The notes beneath the pieces are model-generated. The model saw only the letters and a list, made by a program, of their open reading frames with translations, was not told the origin of the DNA and did not search any database. The translations under genes were made by a program, and so were the position numbers. Positions 48,367-57,349 of a stretch of DNA of 64,000 nt are shown piece after piece. Each line of letters opens with the position of its first letter. Positions within the stretch are counted from its first letter, which is position 1. Location of the stretch: positions 28,680 to 92,679 of the forward strand of contig JACPRD010000135.1 of assembly GCA_016190145.1 (NCBI GenBank), written 5' to 3'. The DNA comes from Planctomycetota bacterium (GTDB lineage Bacteria > Planctomycetota > MHYJ01 > WSZJ01).

Positions 48367-48612
48367 CTAAGTAGAAACGCAGAATGATTCATCCTGAAAC
48401 GGCTCAGGAGGAGGAGAAGGAGGAGGCGGCGGAGGAGGAGGAACGGCATCGGTCGGGAGGCCTCCTCCTTCTCCTCCTCCTTCTCCTCCTGAGTCGTTCC
48501 GCGGGCGCAGGAGGAAGATCGAGCGGCCTCGCCCTCGCGAGAATGATTCGTCCTGCTCCTCGGCCCGAACCCGTTCGTGGCCCCGGGTGATTCTTTCTGC
48601 GTTTCTACTTAG
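48367..48612. mobile_element. MITE-like element with perfect 18-bp terminal inverted repeats
   Basis: ctaagtagaaacgcagaa (48367-48384) / ttctgcgtttctacttag (48595-48612); internal GAG/CTC-rich inverted repeat; no clear target duplication. Confidence 0.55.
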
Positions 48613-48731
48613 CTTCGGAAATCGTCGCGCCGCGCGACGATGTGGCGGCGGTGGACGGTCGCGACTGGCCACGAAAAGGCTTAGCGCGGCACAGCCGCAA
48701 CCAAACTCGCGCGCATTGAAATGGGACGCCC

Positions 48732-48885
48732 TATCCCTTTTCACCCCTTTCTATCCGCGACCACGCCGTTCGTATCCTCCTTTATCCCATGGGTGATCTG
48801 CGCTGTGCGCCCGGAAAGATTAGAAAGACGATTGAACATCGATACGACAGGCGAGGTCACTGATGAAAAAGGGTGAAAACGGATA
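48732..48885. repeat. Imperfect 24-bp inverted repeat, ATCC/GGAT family
   Basis: tatcccttttcacccctttctatc vs gatgaaaaagggtgaaaacggata (20/24). Confidence 0.6.
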
Positions 48886-49160
48886 CGTCCTTGTCCGCAG
48901 CCGATTCCCTCGGAAGAACTCGAAAAACTGCTTCGAAAAACAAGTTTGTGATCGATTGTGTACATAGAGGATCCGCAAATCCTCGTCACCGGCCTGCACC
49001 GCGCGTCGAGGGACGAGGAAACGGGGGCCGTTTTCGACTGCGCTCGAGGAACGACTGAGGAGGAGAAGGAGGAGGAGGTCGTCCCACCCGCCTGCCGGCC
49101 GATGGAGCATCCCGGACCGATTTTCTCTCAAACTCCGAGCAAATTCATACAATCCCCGGC

Positions 49161-49982
49161 ATGAGAACGCTCTGGCTCATGCTGATGTGCGCCGCCCTCG
49201 GGCGCGCCGAGGATCCGCCGGCCTACGACATCACGGACATCGTCCAGAAGATCCGGAGCGGGACGCCGGCGGAGTGCGTGGAGGCGGTGGCGAAGCTGCC
49301 GCCGGGCAAGGAGGAGCGGGCCGCGGGGCCGATCGCGACGCGGCTCAAGGCCGAGACGGACGGGCAGGTCCGCGCGGCGCTCCGGGACGCGCTCGTCGCG
49401 TACAAGCCGGAGGCGATCGCGCGGGCGCTCAAGGGGCCGCTGGAAGGCAAGGACACGACCGACGAATTCCGGACGATGGCGCTCGAGATCCTCGCCGCCT
49501 GCAAAATCCCCGCGGCGGTCGACCTCGTGGTGGCGATCGCGTTCAAGTCGGAGATGAAGGCGATGCGCGACGCCGCGCAGAAGCAACTCGTCGACTACGG
49601 GGACCTGGCCGTCGCGGACACGGCCGCTTACGTCCGCGCTCCGGACCAGAAGATCGCCAACGAGGCGGTCGCCGTGCTCAAAACGATCGACACCGAGCCC
49701 GCGGCGAAGCAACTCGTCCATTTCCTGGTCATCGGCAGCGAGAAGGAGATCCTGCGCATCGTCGGGATCACGAACGCGACGCGCGAGGAGGTCATCAAGG
49801 CGCTGATCGAAATGGGAGACGAGGCCGCGCCCGCGCTGCTCGGGGGGCTCGACAGCAACCAGCATCAGCAGTGGTGCTCCTACGTCCTGCAGAAGATCAG
49901 CGGCGAGTTCCACACGCAGAAGGACAAGGCGGGGTGGATGGGGTGGTGGAAGCGGCGGCTTGCTGAGAAGGCCGGACGGTAG
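49161..49982 (+). CDS. Secreted HEAT-repeat protein
   Basis: Signal peptide, helical repeats, LQKISG..WMGWW tail. Confidence 0.75.
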   Translation: MRTLWLMLMCAALGRAEDPPAYDITDIVQKIRSGTPAECVEAVAKLPPGKEERAAGPIATRLKAETDGQVRAALRDALVAYKPEAIARALKGPLEGKDTTDEFRTMALEILAACKIPAAVDLVVAIAFKSEMKAMRDAAQKQLVDYGDLAVADTAAYVRAPDQKIANEAVAVLKTIDTEPAAKQLVHFLVIGSEKEILRIVGITNATREEVIKALIEMGDEAAPALLGGLDSNQHQQWCSYVLQKISGEFHTQKDKAGWMGWWKRRLAEKAGR

Positions 49983-49987
49983 GGCGG

Positions 49988-50084
49988 GTTCGGAGTTCGG
50001 AGTTCGGAGTTCGGCGTTGGTTCGGAGTTCCCACGCGTCTGTCCGCGCACCGGGCCCGCGATCGCGGCGGTTCCAACGCCGAAC
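49988..50084. repeat. GTTCGG(A/C) heptamer array with inverted partner
   Basis: (gttcgga)3 then gttcggcgttgg pairing with ccaacgccgaac at 50073-50084; between convergent genes. Confidence 0.85.
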
Positions 50085-50096
50085 GGGTCGGTGGGC

Positions 50097-52097
50097 TCAG
50101 AACTTTGATTCCGCGGTCGATGCCCTCGACTGCACCTCGGCGTCGGCGCTGAACTTCGTTTTGATCGCACCCAGGTCGGCTTTCAGCTTCGCTTCCTTGA
50201 AGCCCGGCAGCGCGTCCACGATCAGGAGCGCGGCTTTTTTCCGGGTGAGTTCGGGGTCGTAGCCGGTGCTGAACTTCGGCAGGTCCGTCGCGAGCAGGAC
50301 TTTCTTGATCGCGACCGTCGAGACCACCGTCCAGACGTGCGATTCACCGAGGGCGCTCATCGCCGCGACGTACGCGGCGTTGGCGGCCTGGAAGTTCTCC
50401 CAGTCGGAAATCTCGAGCTTCTTCAACTCCTTGTCGAACTCCTTCCCGAGCGCCTCGAGCGCCGAGGCGATCGCAATCGCGTCCTTCTTCTCGCCCGCCG
50501 TCGCGAGCGAGTCCGCGGCGGCCTTCCGCACCTTGAGCGACTTGTCCGAGAGCGCCTTCGCGAGCGCCCCCGACGAGGCCGGGTCCTTGAACACTCCCAG
50601 CACACGCGCGGACTGGACCTTCGCGTCCTCGCTCTGGTTCGGGGTCTGGAGGATTTTCGAGAGCGACGGAAGCGCCGCCTTGTCCTTGAGCTCGATCAGC
50701 CGGTTCGCGGCCCGCTCGCCCAGCGATCCGCCCGTCTCGATGTCCCCGACCAGCTTCGCCACCTCGTTCCCGCCCGCATCTGCCGCGCGCACCGGGAAAT
50801 AGAGTGCCTCGTCCGGCCACAGCGGCTCCGCGAAACTCGGCCGGCTCCCGTGCACCGGCTCCGGCCCCTTCGAGCCGCGCTTCATCTGGTGGTGCCGCTT
50901 GAAGAACGCCAGCGTGTCGTCGATCACCTCCTGCGGCCACCCGTGCTTCGCGTTCACGTACTCGGTGTACACGAAGTCCGCCTTCTGCTTCTGCAGCACC
51001 CCCGCGGCCCCGCGGTCGTCACTGCACCCCACCTGCGGGTCGTCGCTCGAATGGTAGATGTACATCCCCGTCCCCGTCTGGTGCGCCTTCATCGCGTTGC
51101 CCCCGCCGCTTCCCGCCGCCGGCGCGAACGCCGCGAACCGGTCCGCGTACGCGGGACCGTAGGACCACGTCCCCATCCCTCCGCGCGAGTGGCCGATCAG
51201 ATAAACCCGGTTCATGTCGACGTTGAACAGGAGCTCGGCCTCGGCGATGAACGAGGTGAAGTAGTCGTCGGGGTGTCCGGTCCACGGAAGGGGCTCGCAG
51301 GTGGGGCAGACGACGATGCAGCCCCATTTCGGGGCCTCGAGCAGGAAATGGCCGACGAAGTCCTTGCCGTTGCCGATGCCGCCGAGGCCGTTCACGGCGC
51401 CGTGCAGCCCGACGATGAGCGGGTATGCGCGGTGCGGGTCGTAGTCGTCGGGGACCCAGATCGTGTAGCGGCCCGTGACCTTGCGCGCGTTGTACGTGAG
51501 GCGCACGTCCTCCTGTTTTCCCTTAGGCTGCTGGAGCGAGCGGGCGACGCGGTCGAAGTACGACTGGGGAAGAGTCACGCCGAAGGCGGTCTTCCACTCC
51601 TCGTATTTCGCCTTGCGCGCGGCGGGATCGAGCCCGGCGTAGTCCTTGGCCTGCGCACGGAGGTCGGAGTTGTGAAGCGGGCTGCCTTTGATGAGCCTGT
51701 CGGCGTCGGCGCCGACGATCTTGCGAGCTTCGGCATTCTGGGGATCGTTCACGAGGACCAACAGAGCCTCCTCGCGCGCCTCGACCGCAAACCCGTTGTC
51801 CGTGCAGAGTTTCAGGAGGGCGGCGTGGTCGGGTCGCGCGGTGTTGGATTCGCGCCAGTAGCGGACGAGAGGCGGCTCAGGCGTGATTTCGACCTTCGCG
51901 ACCTGTCCCTTGTCGAATTTCTTCACCCCCCAGGTCATGGCGGTCATGGCGGAGTTGTAGGTGTTGATGACGACTTCGGTGTCGGTGTTGGAGGTGACTT
52001 TTCCCTCGATGACGGTGCGGTCCCTGAGGGTGACGGAGTCCGCCCGTGCCGAACCTGCGACGAGTCCGAACAGGAGAATCCCTGCCGCGAACCTCAT
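50097..52097 (-). CDS. Secreted alpha/beta hydrolase with HEAT repeats, paralogue 1
   Basis: YPLIVGLHG, RVYLIGHSRGG, HSSDD, KHGW; C-terminal HEAT; GGAGG RBS. Confidence 0.82.
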   Translation of the reverse strand: MRFAAGILLFGLVAGSARADSVTLRDRTVIEGKVTSNTDTEVVINTYNSAMTAMTWGVKKFDKGQVAKVEITPEPPLVRYWRESNTARPDHAALLKLCTDNGFAVEAREEALLVLVNDPQNAEARKIVGADADRLIKGSPLHNSDLRAQAKDYAGLDPAARKAKYEEWKTAFGVTLPQSYFDRVARSLQQPKGKQEDVRLTYNARKVTGRYTIWVPDDYDPHRAYPLIVGLHGAVNGLGGIGNGKDFVGHFLLEAPKWGCIVVCPTCEPLPWTGHPDDYFTSFIAEAELLFNVDMNRVYLIGHSRGGMGTWSYGPAYADRFAAFAPAAGSGGGNAMKAHQTGTGMYIYHSSDDPQVGCSDDRGAAGVLQKQKADFVYTEYVNAKHGWPQEVIDDTLAFFKRHHQMKRGSKGPEPVHGSRPSFAEPLWPDEALYFPVRAADAGGNEVAKLVGDIETGGSLGERAANRLIELKDKAALPSLSKILQTPNQSEDAKVQSARVLGVFKDPASSGALAKALSDKSLKVRKAAADSLATAGEKKDAIAIASALEALGKEFDKELKKLEISDWENFQAANAAYVAAMSALGESHVWTVVSTVAIKKVLLATDLPKFSTGYDPELTRKKAALLIVDALPGFKEAKLKADLGAIKTKFSADAEVQSRASTAESKF

Positions 52098-52115
52098 TTC
52101 CCACCTCCGATCGAC

Positions 52116-52274
52116 ATCCGCTTTCATCCGCTTTTATCCTTTTCCCAGGCCTTGCCTATCGACGTTTATCAGTCCTTTTTCATGAAAGAGAAAGAGGAGC
52201 AACAGCGGATAAAGGCCGGATGAATGGAGGATAGAAAAGGCCTGGGAAAAGGATAAAGGAGGATGAAAGCGGAT
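52116..52274. repeat. 159-bp element with 38-bp inverted arms
   Basis: 52116-52153 vs 52237-52274, 36/38 complementary; 10-bp ATCCGCTTTY internal units. Confidence 0.88.
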
Positions 52275-52309
52275 TGGGTTTTCTCCCCGTCCACCGCCCG
52301 CCCGCCTCA

Positions 52310-52330
52310 ATTCAACATTCACCATTCAAA
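52310..52330. repeat. ATTCA(A/C)(C/A) heptamer x3
   Basis: attcaac attcacc attcaaa. Confidence 0.65.
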
Positions 52331-52345
52331 ACTGACTTTTCCCTC

Positions 52346-54361
52346 CTACCCCCCCAGCCCCTTCTCCGCCTCGTCCGCCAGCGCGTTGATCCCCTCGTCG
52401 TCGAACCTGTCCCGGATCCCCTGCACCACACCCTTCAGCCTCGCGTCCTTCAGCCCCGGCAGCGCCTTCAGGATCCGCACCGCCGCCGCCTTCCGCGCGG
52501 GCTCCGGGTCGATGAACGAACTCCCCGATTTTGCCTGCGTCAGCAGGATCTTCACCACCGCCACGTCCGCCACCGGCTGCCACGTCCGCGCGTCGCCGGC
52601 CGCCGAAAGCGCTTCCACGAACGCCGCGTTCAGCGCGTGGAGCTGAGCCCACGCCTCGTCCGGAATCCATTTCTCCGCGATCTTGTCGAACTCCTGCCCC
52701 AGCACGAGAAGCGCCGAGGCGATTGCGACCGCGTCCTTCTCCTCCGCGATCCGCGCGAGCGACTCCACGGCCGCGATCCGTACTTTGTACTCGGGGTCGG
52801 ACTGCGCCTTGAGCGCCGCGGCGACGGCGAGGGGATCCCGGACCGCGCGGAGCGCCCGGGCCGCCTCGATCCGCGCCTCGTCGCACGCGCCTTTCACGTC
52901 CGTCGCGATGCGCGCGAGCGGTGCGACCGCGTGCTTGTCCTGCATCGCGATCAGGCGGTCCGCCGCCTTCTCCGCGAGCGTGCCCCCCAGCAGCACCTCG
53001 CCCAGCAGGTCGTCCAGCGTCTGCTTTGCCCCCGCCGGCCGCGGCGGAAAATACCGCTCCTCCTCGGGCCAGAGCGGCTCCGCGAAACTCGGCCGCGTCC
53101 CGTGAACGACCACCGGGCCGTCCTTCCCCTTCTCCATCCGGTGGTGCCGCTTGAAGTAAACGAACGTGTCCGCGATCACCGCCTGCGGCCATCCGTGCTG
53201 CTGGTCCTTCCACTCCGTGTACACGAAGTCGACCTTCGCGTCCCGCAGCTTCTTCGCCGCCGCCCGGTCCGATTCGCAGCTCGCGATGTTGTCGTCGCTC
53301 GAATGGTAGATGTACATCCCCGTCCCCTGCGCCGCCGCTTCCAGAAGATCCGAATTCCCCGGCCCCGACGCCGCCGGCGCGAACGCCGCGAACCGCGCCG
53401 CGTACTTCGCGCCGAAGTGGTACGTCCCGCGCCCGCCCATCGAGTGGCCGATCACGTACACGCGATTCATGTCGATGTTGTAGAGCAGCATCGCCTCGTC
53501 CACGACCGACAGGACGAACGCGTCCCCCTTCGCCGTCCACGGCCGCGGATCCGCCGTCGGCGAGACGATGATCACGTCCCAGCGCTGGGTCTCGGCGTAG
53601 GTGAAATGCCGGATGAAGTCGCGCCCGTTGCCGATCCCGCCCAGGCCGTTCCACGTGCCATGAAGCGCCAGCACGAGCGGGTACGAGCGGTGCGGGTCGT
53701 AACTTTTCGGCACCCACACCGTGTAGCGCCCGCTCGCCTTCTGCGTGTTGTAGGTGAGCCGGACGTCCTCGGTGACGACGCCGCGGGGAAGCGGGTCGGA
53801 CCGTGCGGCGCGGTCGAAGTACTGCCGTGGAAGGGTCACGCCGAAGTCCTTCTTCAGGCGCGCGTACGCCGCCCCGCGCGCGGCGGGCTCGAGCGAGGCC
53901 CAGTCCTTCGTGGCGGCACGCAGATCGGGATTGTGAAGCGGACTGGACTTCTGCATCGCCTCTACGCCGTCGCCCCACGCCGCGCGCGCCTCGGCGTCGT
54001 CGGGCTTCCGCGAGAGGACCTCGGCGGCCTGCTCGCGCGCTTCGACTTCGAACTTGTTCTCCACGCAGAACCGCATGAGCTTCTCGTTGAACTCGCCGGG
54101 GTCGTTCATGCGCTGCCAGTAGGTGCGAAGGGGGTCTTCGGGGACGATTTCGACTTTCTCGATGATCTTGCGTTCGAAGGTCTTTACCCCCCACGTCATC
54201 TCCTTCATGGTGGAGTTGAAGGTGTTGATGGTGACGTCGGTCTCCGAGGTCGCGGTGATCTTGCCGTCGTGGGTGACACCGGTGACGAGCGTGATGGAGT
54301 CCGCGAGGGCTGCGAGAGCGGCGAGGGCAATGGCGCAGGTCGCGAGGAGGGCCGGGCGCAT
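52346..54361 (-). CDS. Secreted alpha/beta hydrolase with HEAT repeats, paralogue 2
   Basis: YPLVLALHG, RVYVIGHSMGG, HSSDD, QHGW; collinear with paralogue 1. Confidence 0.82.
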   Translation of the reverse strand: MRPALLATCAIALAALAALADSITLVTGVTHDGKITATSETDVTINTFNSTMKEMTWGVKTFERKIIEKVEIVPEDPLRTYWQRMNDPGEFNEKLMRFCVENKFEVEAREQAAEVLSRKPDDAEARAAWGDGVEAMQKSSPLHNPDLRAATKDWASLEPAARGAAYARLKKDFGVTLPRQYFDRAARSDPLPRGVVTEDVRLTYNTQKASGRYTVWVPKSYDPHRSYPLVLALHGTWNGLGGIGNGRDFIRHFTYAETQRWDVIIVSPTADPRPWTAKGDAFVLSVVDEAMLLYNIDMNRVYVIGHSMGGRGTYHFGAKYAARFAAFAPAASGPGNSDLLEAAAQGTGMYIYHSSDDNIASCESDRAAAKKLRDAKVDFVYTEWKDQQHGWPQAVIADTFVYFKRHHRMEKGKDGPVVVHGTRPSFAEPLWPEEERYFPPRPAGAKQTLDDLLGEVLLGGTLAEKAADRLIAMQDKHAVAPLARIATDVKGACDEARIEAARALRAVRDPLAVAAALKAQSDPEYKVRIAAVESLARIAEEKDAVAIASALLVLGQEFDKIAEKWIPDEAWAQLHALNAAFVEALSAAGDARTWQPVADVAVVKILLTQAKSGSSFIDPEPARKAAAVRILKALPGLKDARLKGVVQGIRDRFDDEGINALADEAEKGLGG

Positions 54362-54435
54362 GGGGCCTCCGAGGTGGCGCAGGGAGTCCGGCTACTCTAC
54401 CCTTCCGGGCGGCCCGGCTCCAGCAGAACGGAGCT

Positions 54436-55086
54436 TCAGGGAATCGGTGTGATGCGCGCGCCGTCGGCGATGAAGAGGTTTTCGGAGAGAGGGTAATCGG
54501 ATTCGAAATGCTGTTCGCGCACGATAGGGCGGGCGCGCGCGAGGAGGCGCGGCTCGGCGCGCAGGAAGGTGACGGAATCGCGGTTGGGGAGTCCGACGGC
54601 GACGGGCCTTCCAAGGATGGCGAAGATCTTCTCCATGAATTCGGGGACGAGGACGGCGCCGGCCTGGGCGGGAAACCAGTGGCGGAAGCGGACGACGGCG
54701 TCGTTCACGACGTCGAGCGGGCGGTCCATGAGGAGGTCGCGGAGGTTGGCGAGGGCCGGAGGCATCGGGTCCGCGCCGGAGGGGAGGCGGCGGCGGATGT
54801 CTTCCTCGGAGAGCACGCGCATCTCGGGGCGGCCGATGAGGGAAGCGGGAGCGCCGGGGCGCGGGAGGGCGAGCCACGCGGTCGGGGCCTCGATTTCGCG
54901 CTGGACGAGGACCGCCTCGATGCCGTCCGTGACGGCGGCGGACCAGATGTCGGGCCCGGGCGCCAGCCGGGCTTCCGCCACCCACGAAGCCGATTTCAGG
55001 ATGGGCAGGACTCCCTTGAGCCCCTGCCGCCGGAGAAATGCCGAATCCGGGCGGCGCATCGTGTCCGGCGCCATTTCAGAAATCAC
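54436..55086 (-). CDS. Hypothetical protein, DUF1444-like C-terminus
   Basis: VLVPEF..VAVGLPNRD..YPLSENLF. Confidence 0.55.
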   Translation of the reverse strand: MISEMAPDTMRRPDSAFLRRQGLKGVLPILKSASWVAEARLAPGPDIWSAAVTDGIEAVLVQREIEAPTAWLALPRPGAPASLIGRPEMRVLSEEDIRRRLPSGADPMPPALANLRDLLMDRPLDVVNDAVVRFRHWFPAQAGAVLVPEFMEKIFAILGRPVAVGLPNRDSVTFLRAEPRLLARARPIVREQHFESDYPLSENLFIADGARITPIP

Positions 55087-55108
55087 TGGAGACTCCCCTT
55101 TCCGCCGA

Positions 55109-56566
55109 TCAGGCGAGGAACTTCACGACGGCCACCGCCAGGTACACGGCGCCGAACACCTTGACGGCTCCGGCCATGACCCACGCGACGAGCGCGAGCA
55201 GCAGGTCGAGATCGTAGACCTTGCTGAGCGCGACGAGCTCCATGAAGAGCGCCCACCCGAGGATCCCGTACTGGGCGATCGGCTGCATCGAGAGCGGGAG
55301 GAGCAGCACTCCAAGCTGGAGAAAATTGGCGAGCCCGGTGATATACCCGAGAGTGACGAGCATGAGCAGGAAGCCGCCGCCGCCCCCGAGGACGCGGGCG
55401 ACGAGCGTGTAGATCGCCGAGCCGAGCAGGAGGACGAGCAGGCTCGCGACCACCGTCCCGACCGTTCCGGCGGCGGCGGTGAGAGGTTTCTTCCGTTCGG
55501 AAATCGAGAATCCATGCGCGCGGCAGAAATCCTCCATGTTTTCGCGCCGGTCATGGAGAACCAGCAGACCCCATCCCGGCTTGTGGGCCCAGGTCGCGTG
55601 CGCGACCCCGCGCTGGGCCCCATGACGCCCGGGAGCCGTCCCGGGAGGCATGGAGACCTCGAAGATCCACGAGGAAGCGCCCTCGCGGGTCGCGGTCAGT
55701 TCGCCGGCGTAAACGCCCGCCTCTTCCGACTCCTCCAGCCGGGTCCATTCCCCCGCGGGGCCGTTGCCGTGGCTCACGGTGTGGGCGACGCGAAGACCGT
55801 CGGAGATGGGCGCGTCGAGCCCGGGCTCGGAGAGACGGATGCGCACGCGAAACGGCATCCCGGCTTCGATTTCGCCGAGGGGCTCTTCGACTTTCCACGC
55901 GAACGGCCGTGCTCCCTGCTCCGTGACCCAGCCCGCGGGGAGGACGGCGTCCATGTGCATGACGCGCTCGATTTCCTGCGAATCCCGCAGTTCCTCGGCG
56001 CGGCGCCGCGGATCGCCGAGCGCGAACGTCGCGATGGCCAGTGCCGCGAAGGAGACGGCGTAAAAGACGGCGGCCTTGGCGAGGAGGTCCTGGCGGGCGA
56101 AGAGCGAGGTGAAGGACTCCATGGTAGAGAGGGGATGGAAGACGGTGCGGAAGGTGAGATTCCAGAAACCGATCTCCGGGTCTACGTCGGGTTCGTGGGT
56201 GCGGGGGTGGCGGGAATGAAAGGGCTGGTCGGTGGAGGCGGCGGCGAGGGGCTGTCCGGTGAGGAGGGAGATGCCGCAGCGCGTGCAGACGATGGTTCCG
56301 GGTTCGTAAACGGTACCGCAGCCGGCGCAGGGGGGGGCGGAGCCCGAGCGAGGGGTGGGGTGGGGATCGGCGAAATCGAGGGAGGAGTCGTCGCAGAGTT
56401 TTCGGAAGAGTTCTTCGCTGTCGAGGACGGAGTCTGCGGGGGTCGAGGCGAGGGCGAGGGCGGGGACACGCACGGGTTTCCGGCAGGCGGGGCAGTGGCC
56501 GCGGGCGCCGGCGCGGGAGTCGGGAGCGGAGATGGTGCGGCCGCAGGGGCAGGAGAATGAGATCAT
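55109..56566 (-). CDS. Zn-ribbon and Yip1-like membrane protein with a soluble insert
   Basis: CPCG..CPAC, CAGC..CTRC; TVFHPLST then TM helices. Confidence 0.68.
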   Translation of the reverse strand: MISFSCPCGRTISAPDSRAGARGHCPACRKPVRVPALALASTPADSVLDSEELFRKLCDDSSLDFADPHPTPRSGSAPPCAGCGTVYEPGTIVCTRCGISLLTGQPLAAASTDQPFHSRHPRTHEPDVDPEIGFWNLTFRTVFHPLSTMESFTSLFARQDLLAKAAVFYAVSFAALAIATFALGDPRRRAEELRDSQEIERVMHMDAVLPAGWVTEQGARPFAWKVEEPLGEIEAGMPFRVRIRLSEPGLDAPISDGLRVAHTVSHGNGPAGEWTRLEESEEAGVYAGELTATREGASSWIFEVSMPPGTAPGRHGAQRGVAHATWAHKPGWGLLVLHDRRENMEDFCRAHGFSISERKKPLTAAAGTVGTVVASLLVLLLGSAIYTLVARVLGGGGGFLLMLVTLGYITGLANFLQLGVLLLPLSMQPIAQYGILGWALFMELVALSKVYDLDLLLALVAWVMAGAVKVFGAVYLAVAVVKFLA

Positions 56567-56609
56567 CGAAGGGTCTCCGGTTTGAATTTCTGTAATACAG
56601 GCATTTATA

Positions 56610-56637
56610 AGTGTATGACATAAACTCATCCCGTCAA
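56610..56637 (-). promoter_or_regulatory. Possible sigma70 promoter in AT-rich gap
   Basis: Minus strand TTGACG-N16-TACACT upstream of ATG 56566. Confidence 0.45.
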
Positions 56638-56725
56638 GTGGGAACTCGAGATTTATTGTAATTCGTTAATGATGCCGCAAGTCAAGCATGAGCAATGACT
56701 TGAGACGCTGAATTCCGGCGGTTCT

Positions 56726-57076
56726 CTAGGGAAGCGCTTCCGATTCCCCGGAATGCAGCTTGATCTCGCCGCGCAAGACACGCGCGTGGTCCTCGAGCTT
56801 CCGCTTCGCCGCGTCGAAGGAATCCCGGACGACGGTGGTCACGTCCTCGCCCGCCTTGTGATTGATCACGATGTCGTTGCCGGGGACGCCGAGCGTGATC
56901 TTCAGCCGGTACTTCCCTCCCGTCTTGTGGTGCTTGCCCGGCCCCTCCACCACCACGCGGATGCTGACGAGGCGGGGATAGAAATGCTCCAGTTTCGCCG
57001 CGCGTTCCCGGATGTGTTCGTCGATTTCGGCGGAGAGCTCGATGTCGCGGTAGGAAATATCGAAGGGGATGGGCAT
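56726..57076 (-). CDS. hpf: HPF/RaiA ribosome-associated protein
   Basis: ISYRDIELSAEIDEHIRERAAKLEHFY..VRDSFDAAKRKL; GGAG RBS. Confidence 0.85.
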   Translation of the reverse strand: MPIPFDISYRDIELSAEIDEHIRERAAKLEHFYPRLVSIRVVVEGPGKHHKTGGKYRLKITLGVPGNDIVINHKAGEDVTTVVRDSFDAAKRKLEDHARVLRGEIKLHSGESEALP

Positions 57077-57349
57077 GGTGGCGGCTCCAGGATTCCGAGG
57101 TTGTGTTGCAATTGCGGGGCGCAAATCAGGTGCCCCCGGTCGACAGGGGGCGGGTGCCTCCGGGCAATATACGGGAAATTGGGCGCACGGGAGCTTCGGT
57201 TCCGTTCCGCCCGAACGCGCCGGATGCAAGCCCTTCGAGATCAAGATGTTAGAAATTCCCCAATCGGACGCAAATTCCCGCAACTCACTTCCCAGCCAGG
57301 GGTTCATAATCCGGATCTAAACCATCCTTTTTGTCCCCATGGGGGCCCC

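Noticed and set aside
48367-49164. Small ORFs in the 48.4-49.2 kb gap
   Set aside because: Low-complexity translations of repeats with no RBS or family signal
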